Below are positions 1-5,254 of a stretch of 20,361 bases of DNA, one piece after another; the first letter of the stretch is position 1, and each line of letters begins with the position of its first letter. The stretch is from Catajapyx aquilonaris. Taxonomy: Eukaryota. A model generated the notes under the pieces. That model was not told where the DNA came from, did no database searches, and saw nothing but the letters and a program-made list of their open reading frames with translations. The position numbers and the translations under genes were made by a program. The stretch spans positions 62,001 through 82,361 of the forward strand of contig JYFJ02001343.1 of NCBI GenBank assembly GCA_000934665.2. Direction: 5' to 3'.

Positions 1-11
1 AAATCGCGGTT

Positions 12-442
12 GGGGTGTTCACACCTGCCCTTCCTCCACCCAATCGTGGTTGTGAAGTTGACTTGGGGAATCAGCTTGTAGAAGTTCACTGCCAGGTTTC
101 CACTCCTGATGTCACTCCCCCCTCCAGACTGGTTCTTAGCCGAGCAACATAGCGGCTCTCTACTTGGCCCCATCTGCCCCTCGCTCTGCGGGCAGACCTG
201 TGTAATAATGTAGATAGCATGCCTCCAGCCCTCCATTCTATTAGAGCCAGGCCTATCGTCGAGTCACCCATGCCTTTGGCCATGAGCCGAAGCGAGTAAT
301 TTTTTTCGCCAGGCAGGAGGGCGTGCTTCCAGTCAACTACCAAAAATCACGAAAAGTACATGGCTCATGTGAACAGTCACCAAACAATCCGCGAACCAAT
401 CATGGTTGAAGATTGAGGTTTTGTGGCATGTGTGAACGGCCC
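12..442. mobile_element. Possible non-autonomous DNA transposon (MITE-like) relic bounded by imperfect 18-bp inverted repeats
   Basis: 12-29 GGGGTGTTCACACCTGCC matches the reverse complement of 425-442 (GGGCCGTTCACACATGCC) at 15/18 positions. TA follows the right end, and a related TGTGAAC core recurs at ~368 (TGTGAAT at ~643). No transposase or clean TSD seen. Confidence 0.3.
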
Positions 443-794
443 TATTTATGACGCCACAAGAAACAGTACCAAAGGAATCGGATGAATAGGCAGGAAGTAC
501 CTCTCTTTTGCGTGCATTTTAACTAGGTTAAACAGTAGGAATGTACTTTTTTAAAGAACTTGTAAAAGTTGAGTGCAAGATGGTGGCTTCACTAGTCTGT
601 TTAGGCATGTGATTTACCAGCCATGTCAATTTCATGTCCACCTGTGAATAGCCCTTTCTAGACAACTTACGCAAAATGAGTTTTGAAATATATTATTTAT
701 CATAAAATAGGTTTAGTAATAAACTCTGTTCACAACAGGTTAGACATCATTGAGGTATAAATGCAGTCTAAATTCACATCCTTTTCTTGGATTA

Positions 795-860
795 TCAGTC
801 AGGGACAATGGTGATAGCAAGTTTATGTTCCGGCCAGGAGAATGTCTTAGGTAGTGTGAT
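795..860 (-). CDS. Sufu: Sufu coding exon 7 (last)
   Basis: Acceptor ccttttcAG, ITLPKTFSWPEHKLAITIVPD, then TGA TAA. Confidence 0.94.
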   Translation of the reverse strand: MTLPKTFSWPEHKLAITIVPD

Positions 861-3231
861 CTGAAAAGGAAGGCACATCAGGTCTTAGTATGTTGTGCTG
901 TCATAGCACCCTATTATTAGGTAACAAACCTGTTCTGCAGTGCTAAGCATAACCATGTCATCTAACATTCTGTCAGCTAGATCCTCTCCAATCAGAATTT
1001 GTACCCAGGATCCTTGCACTGCATACGGCCGTCCTGAGTCTACAAAAGCACCAGTGACACTTGGTGCAACCAGAGTCACTGCAATGCTTCCAGTCATGAA
1101 AGCCTTGAATGTGAAATGCCTGCCATGTTTAATCCTACCCCTGAAAACAAGACAGAGCAGAGTTATTTATGAGGTCATTACTGCATGGAAAGGTGAGGTG
1201 CTTGTATGGTCGTTACATCTGACTTGAATGACAAAATGGGACTTCTTCATACAATGTGCCTTGACTTTTACACACAGCTGCCTAATGGTGGGCCCTTAAA
1301 ACCCATTTGAAAGAGATACAAGTGAACAATTACCCAGAGTGTCATGCAAACTCACTCTTACCTGAGTGCAAGTGGTAGCAAAATTCCAGCCTCCAGATTC
1401 AAAGTGAAATGGATTCCATCCAATATTCGAGCTGCCAGCAATTCAGCAGATTCCAGCATCACATTTGAGGCACTGCTCTCAGATTTGGATGATGAGCTGT
1501 AGGGTAAAAAACTTGTTAGTTAATTACATACACTGCAATACATTCAGGTTTACAAGGTGCAAATGGTTGTAATATGCAACCAGTATTTGAAAGACCCTGA
1601 CACAAAAATGACTTAATAATGATTGCCAATTATAATAACATGAGAGAGGTATCATTTTAATTCATGAAACTATGCTGTCATAATCCAACCTATTCCTCAA
1701 CTCCTTCCAGTTCAGTGCTCTTCCCTTGACCGCACCACCATGGACCATCCCTCTCCTCTCCTTGGGTGCGTCTTCCTCTGTGCTGCATTCTTCCTCATAC
1801 TCATCGCTCTCCACCTCCAGTGCTGAAGACCGACCCCATTCAACCCAGGTGCAACGAGCACTCACGCCACTTAGGTTGGATCCTTCCTTCTCCACTGCCC
1901 CATCCACTTCTTCATGGACGGTAGGGTCTAGTTCATACATGCTTTCTCCACGTCGCATGTTTGTTACCAGCCAAGGACCCCCAGCACTGAAAGTCACATC
2001 AGTGAATCACTGGGTGTTATTCAGTTCATGAAATTACACAGGTGTAAATAAACATATTCAATGATTTTCCGTCAAATATGTAAATCTGCTCGTTACAGAA
2101 AAATTATTTGAAATTGAATGACATCACCATAAGTATCCCTCAAGTAATAAATATGTAACTTGCAAAGCATATCATTTATTGCATTGTAACCTATTCACGA
2201 GCATCATTTGTACTTGACAGTCTGCTAGGTGATACCTGAATCTCTTACCCATGAATCTGTTGAAGTATTTTGATCACTGCTGGCCCATTCCAATGTTGTG
2301 CTGCTTGGAGCTCCTCTAACGTGACCCCAACAACCTGGACGAACCTCACCTGGCCAAAGGGCGTGTTCAGAGGTGCTGGCATCTGCGGATCTTCAGCCAT
2401 GAGCATGTGCTGTATCCTCGATTCGCCATTGTCCAAGGGGCAGTGCCAAGAGACATGGTCCCCTGCACACAGCAGATTACCAGACTGGAAGACATACTTG
2501 GACAGCGCCTGTAAAAGAGCAGCAGGCCAAGTGGGGGGTGCGGCATCTTCCGACTCACGTTGCAAGCGGAATGTCAGCTCAAATCCAAATCCACTCGGAG
2601 TCGTAGGATCAGGGTTGTCGTGGACACGGCCATCGCCATGAAGATCTGACAGGCCAAAGCTGAAAGAGGGAATCAGCTGATAACTTGACAGTTTACCCAT
2701 GCTTGTCATGACTCCTCCTTGCTCATTTTCAGCCACAGACTTTCTCTAGGCTGTCTACTTGATGAGTGCAGCAATAATATTTTATGCAGGGACTGTAACA
2801 TCTGCAATATTGTGGCCTAGAGAGGGTTGACCTGCAGATACTGACGTGATGTAGTGCCAGTGGGCCGAGATCCCTTCCTCCTCCTTCCCTGAGTTGGCGT
2901 ACATGCTGATGTAGTCGAGTGGATCTGGTCCTCCCAACCTGAGACGAAGAGGGCAGCGTCACAACAGGTGTGTCAACCCCCAAACAAGACATGACTGAGG
3001 AGGTGGAGGTGCAACAGACCAGAACTTGAGCAGGGCGGCGACCTGCAAGGGGTTCGGCTGGTCCGGATAGACCTCCCTGCAGGCCTTGTAGAGGGACTCC
3101 AGGCCGGGCGGGGGCTGGGGCAGGGCGGGCGCCGCATCCTCCTGCTCCTTCGCCGCCGCCGCTCCCACGGGCGTCGGGGACGGGGCCGTCGGGGAAGAGC
3201 AGGCGGCCTTCTTCTTCTTCTCGTCCGCCAT
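795..3231 (-). CDS. Sufu: Suppressor of fused (Hedgehog pathway Gli/Ci-binding protein), complete, 7 coding exons, 474 aa
   Basis: Exons 3231-3020, 2938-2846, 2659-2249, 1986-1690, 1496-1362, 1140-930 and 860-795 join in phase through GT-AG introns (1425 nt). Hallmark SUFU motifs: PPGLESLYKACREVYPDQPNPLQV, WLGGPDPLDYISMY, HWHYITFGLSDLHGDGRVH, SGFGFELTFRL, GDHVSWH, AAQHWNG, GSNLSGVSA, RGRIKHGRHFTF, LPKTFSWPE. Confidence 0.97.
930..1140 (-). CDS. Sufu: Sufu coding exon 6
   Basis: Acceptor gttttcAG, GRIKHGRHFTFKAF...PYAVQGSWVQILI...STAEQ, donor CAG|GTTTGT. Confidence 0.95.
1362..1496 (-). CDS. Sufu: Sufu coding exon 5
   Basis: Acceptor tttttaccctacAG, SSSKSESSASNVMLESAELLAARILDGIHFTLNLEAGILLPLAL(R), donor GTAAGA. 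Confidence 0.93.
1690..1986 (-). CDS. Sufu: Sufu coding exon 4
   Basis: Acceptor gactttcAG, AGGPWLVTNMRRGES...GSNLSGVSARCTW plus an acidic disordered stretch. AG|GTTGGA at 1689 is the phase-compatible donor, so the 3' boundary is less certain. Confidence 0.85.
2249..2659 (-). CDS. Sufu: Sufu coding exon 3
   Basis: Acceptor ccctctttcAG, FGLSDLHGDGRVH...KILQQIH(G), donor GTAAGA. Confidence 0.96.
2846..2938 (-). CDS. Sufu: Sufu coding exon 2
   Basis: Acceptor tcttcgtctcAG, (W)LGGPDPLDYISMYANSGKEEEGISAHWHYI(T), donor GTCAGT. Confidence 0.95.
3020..3231 (-). CDS. Sufu: Sufu coding exon 1
   Basis: ATG at 3231-3229, MADEKKKK...YPDQPNPLQVAALLKF(W). GC-rich. Donor TG|GTCTGT at 3019. Confidence 0.9.
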
Positions 3232-3560
3232 CGCACAGGGGAGCACACCCAACCCAGATTCCCTCACAATATTAATTAACGCCACATTCCTTTCCCTCTC
3301 TCCGACGGACAGCTCCGGACCAAAAATGCCGGGCGGCAACAGGGATCCAAACTGCCACAATATCCATGGCCCTACTAACAGTGCATTTACCCCACGATTT
3401 ACCCCAACCGGTTGTAATTTTAAGATCATACCCGGATCATACCTTTGTGGTTGTTTCTAATTATTAACTGACAAGGTTTCGTGATGTGATATACATTCAA
3501 TGCTCAGTTTTGGTTTGCGGGTGTGGGTGGCCAGATGTGCGCCATCTTTGTTCTCTTTCG
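3232..3560. promoter_or_regulatory. Short divergent promoter region shared by Sufu (-) and the plus-strand non-coding gene, with a YY1-like CGCCATCTT and a TCT/5'TOP initiator
   Basis: CGCCATCTT at 3540-3548 (part of the palindrome AGATG-TGCGC-CATCT). Pyrimidine run TTCTCTTTC at 3551-3559 fits the TCT initiator YC(+1)TTTY. It lies ~320 nt from the Sufu ATG on the opposite strand. Confidence 0.55.
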
Positions 3561-3739
3561 ATGATTTTGCCGCGCTCCTGCTCCCTCCCCGAGGCTGAAG
3601 GACGGCTAGGAAGAGTGCAATGTTTTCAATGTTTTGGTCCGTGAAGCACCCTGTACGTGGTGAAGACTGGTGGAGTGGTGGGGCACCATGCTTCGTGCTA
3701 TCCAGGGACTCGATCCGTTGTAGTTGGTAAGTATATCAC

Positions 3740-5150
3740 ACAAAGACGCTCTTGATCTCGAGCAATCCAGAACGTTTTCTGGGCATTCTATGGCTGTCGG
3801 ACTCAGACACTGGAGAATTTTTGTATCCAGCCGGTTGCATCTGGCGACATGAACTCCATCAATACGAGGTTCAATGAAAGTTCATGTATCATTTCTTAAT
3901 AATCAAAAACACGACTTATTTGGTAGTACGTACATATCCATTACGTCCATTACTAAACATACGGTACCTGTACTCCTGTAGTGGTATTGCATATGCAGTT
4001 CCATTTGTGTCGCAGATTAACATCACAAGTGAAGTATCCAAGTATCCTATCTCTATAGTGTTTAACGTTCACTTGATGCTTGCTGGACATTTGTGTTGAA
4101 GACTGGACATTGACTTGCATTATTAATGTTGACTGAACATTATTTGTGTGTTATACTTGGGAGAGAGGAAATGAGATGCTTGGAAGCATGCTTGGGAGTG
4201 CCAAAATGAATGGTTCAATCTTGGAAATACACGTAGGGCCTACTAATGCAATGATGTACTTGCTGGGAAGGTAAAAGGTTAACGTAGAAGGACTCCAGTG
4301 CATTTTATAATGCTCATCAACTCGTCAGAGTAAGTCACATCCAGATCCCTTATTGGGTTTGGGCCATGGTCATAGCAGGTTTTGCTGGGCCATCCATACT
4401 TAGGTCAGCTTGTTACATTTTCTATATTACATGTGCAGGATATCTTGTTAGTTGGTTTTGATTAGGAAGGAGGCAAAGCAGCAATGGCTAACTAAAGATA
4501 CAAAGGTGGGATAGATGGAGACAGAAACAAAGAAAAAAAAGAAGAGAGGAAGGCATGGCGTCCCTCTTTGTGTGTCTCCTACCCCAAATGTTATAGTTAG
4601 ATAATTTTCAATAGCAGTGCAGGACTTTCAACTTGACGTGCACAAAGTGAAGGATCCCTTACCATCATATGCAAAGAACTTTCTTGGCAATCACTCAGTC
4701 ATAACATTTCATTCAATTTGGTGCTTCCTACATGATATGAATTGTTGTATGACCAATAAAATGATTTGGGAAATTTAAGTTATTATGATATTTATACTGC
4801 TTCAAGTAATCCTTTGATAAAAGCCGTACACCAGCAATGTGGTGCCAAAAGTGAGCTATTTTCGCCTTTTGAGTGATGTGCTCTGCTGGCCACAAAGTTT
4901 AGCAATCTTTGATGTATGCAGGGTCGTGTCTCTCTTGACAGCACAAAGAAATGTGCATATCATGTAGCCATCACTTGACTAGTGAAAATAGCTATTTTTT
5001 TTGGTTCCACATTGCCAAGAGGGGAATGCACCTTTATGAAATATCATTCCTGTGACCTGCAAGGATATATCAGTATGTAGCAGACCTTCCCAAGTAATAT
5101 GCTTGGATTCTGTGTGCTAATGAAAAGTGCAATTGAGCAGAACCTCTTAC
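3740..5150 (+). ncRNA. Large, highly structured intronic RNA of unknown family
   Basis: More than 25 mostly nested helices read directly from the sequence, e.g. 4037-4046/4175-4184, 4055-4064/4134-4143, 4264-4272/5084-5092, 4834-4842/5007-5015, 4854-4865/4982-4993, 4869-4878/4969-4978. Many G-U pairs work only on the plus strand. The ends are approximate. Confidence 0.65.
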
Positions 5151-5254
5151 TTTTTGACAGGTTTTATTTTGAAAACATGGGCATCATCACGTTGCCATCC
5201 AGAGGTGAAAATTTCACAATTTTGGTCAAAGGTTGGTAAAAACAACTGGGTTGT

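Noticed and set aside
1726..2641. Plus-strand ORFs opposite Sufu exons (similarly 940-1227, 8439-8708, 14387-14994)
   Set aside because: Antisense shadows of real coding exons.
2959..3429. 156-aa ORF with upstream start extending the Sufu N-terminus
   Set aside because: The extension has no Sufu similarity and runs through the promoter/5'UTR. The ATG at 3231 is the plausible start, and the ORF tail is intron 1.
4240..4720. Cluster of ordinary C/D or H/ACA snoRNAs
   Set aside because: Only degenerate C boxes (ATGATGT, ATGATAT, ATGATTT) and a single intronic CTGA (~4133) upstream of them. ANANNA/ACA candidates (4372, 4415, 4498, 4704) lack convincing pseudouridylation pockets or lie within stems. 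A snoReport/snoGPS run would settle this.
4821..4850. AGCCGTA resembling the start of group II intron domain V
   Set aside because: The complementary TACGG(T/C)T strand and DV hairpin geometry are absent, and the boundaries are spliceosomal GT-AG.
5081..5094. Minus-strand CTTGGGAAGGTCTG resembling the CR-I/P4 motif of metazoan RNase P RNA
   Set aside because: No downstream CR-V partner (AATTCAGAC-like) on that strand, and the G-U asymmetry favours the plus strand. The segment is explained as the partner of 4264-4272.
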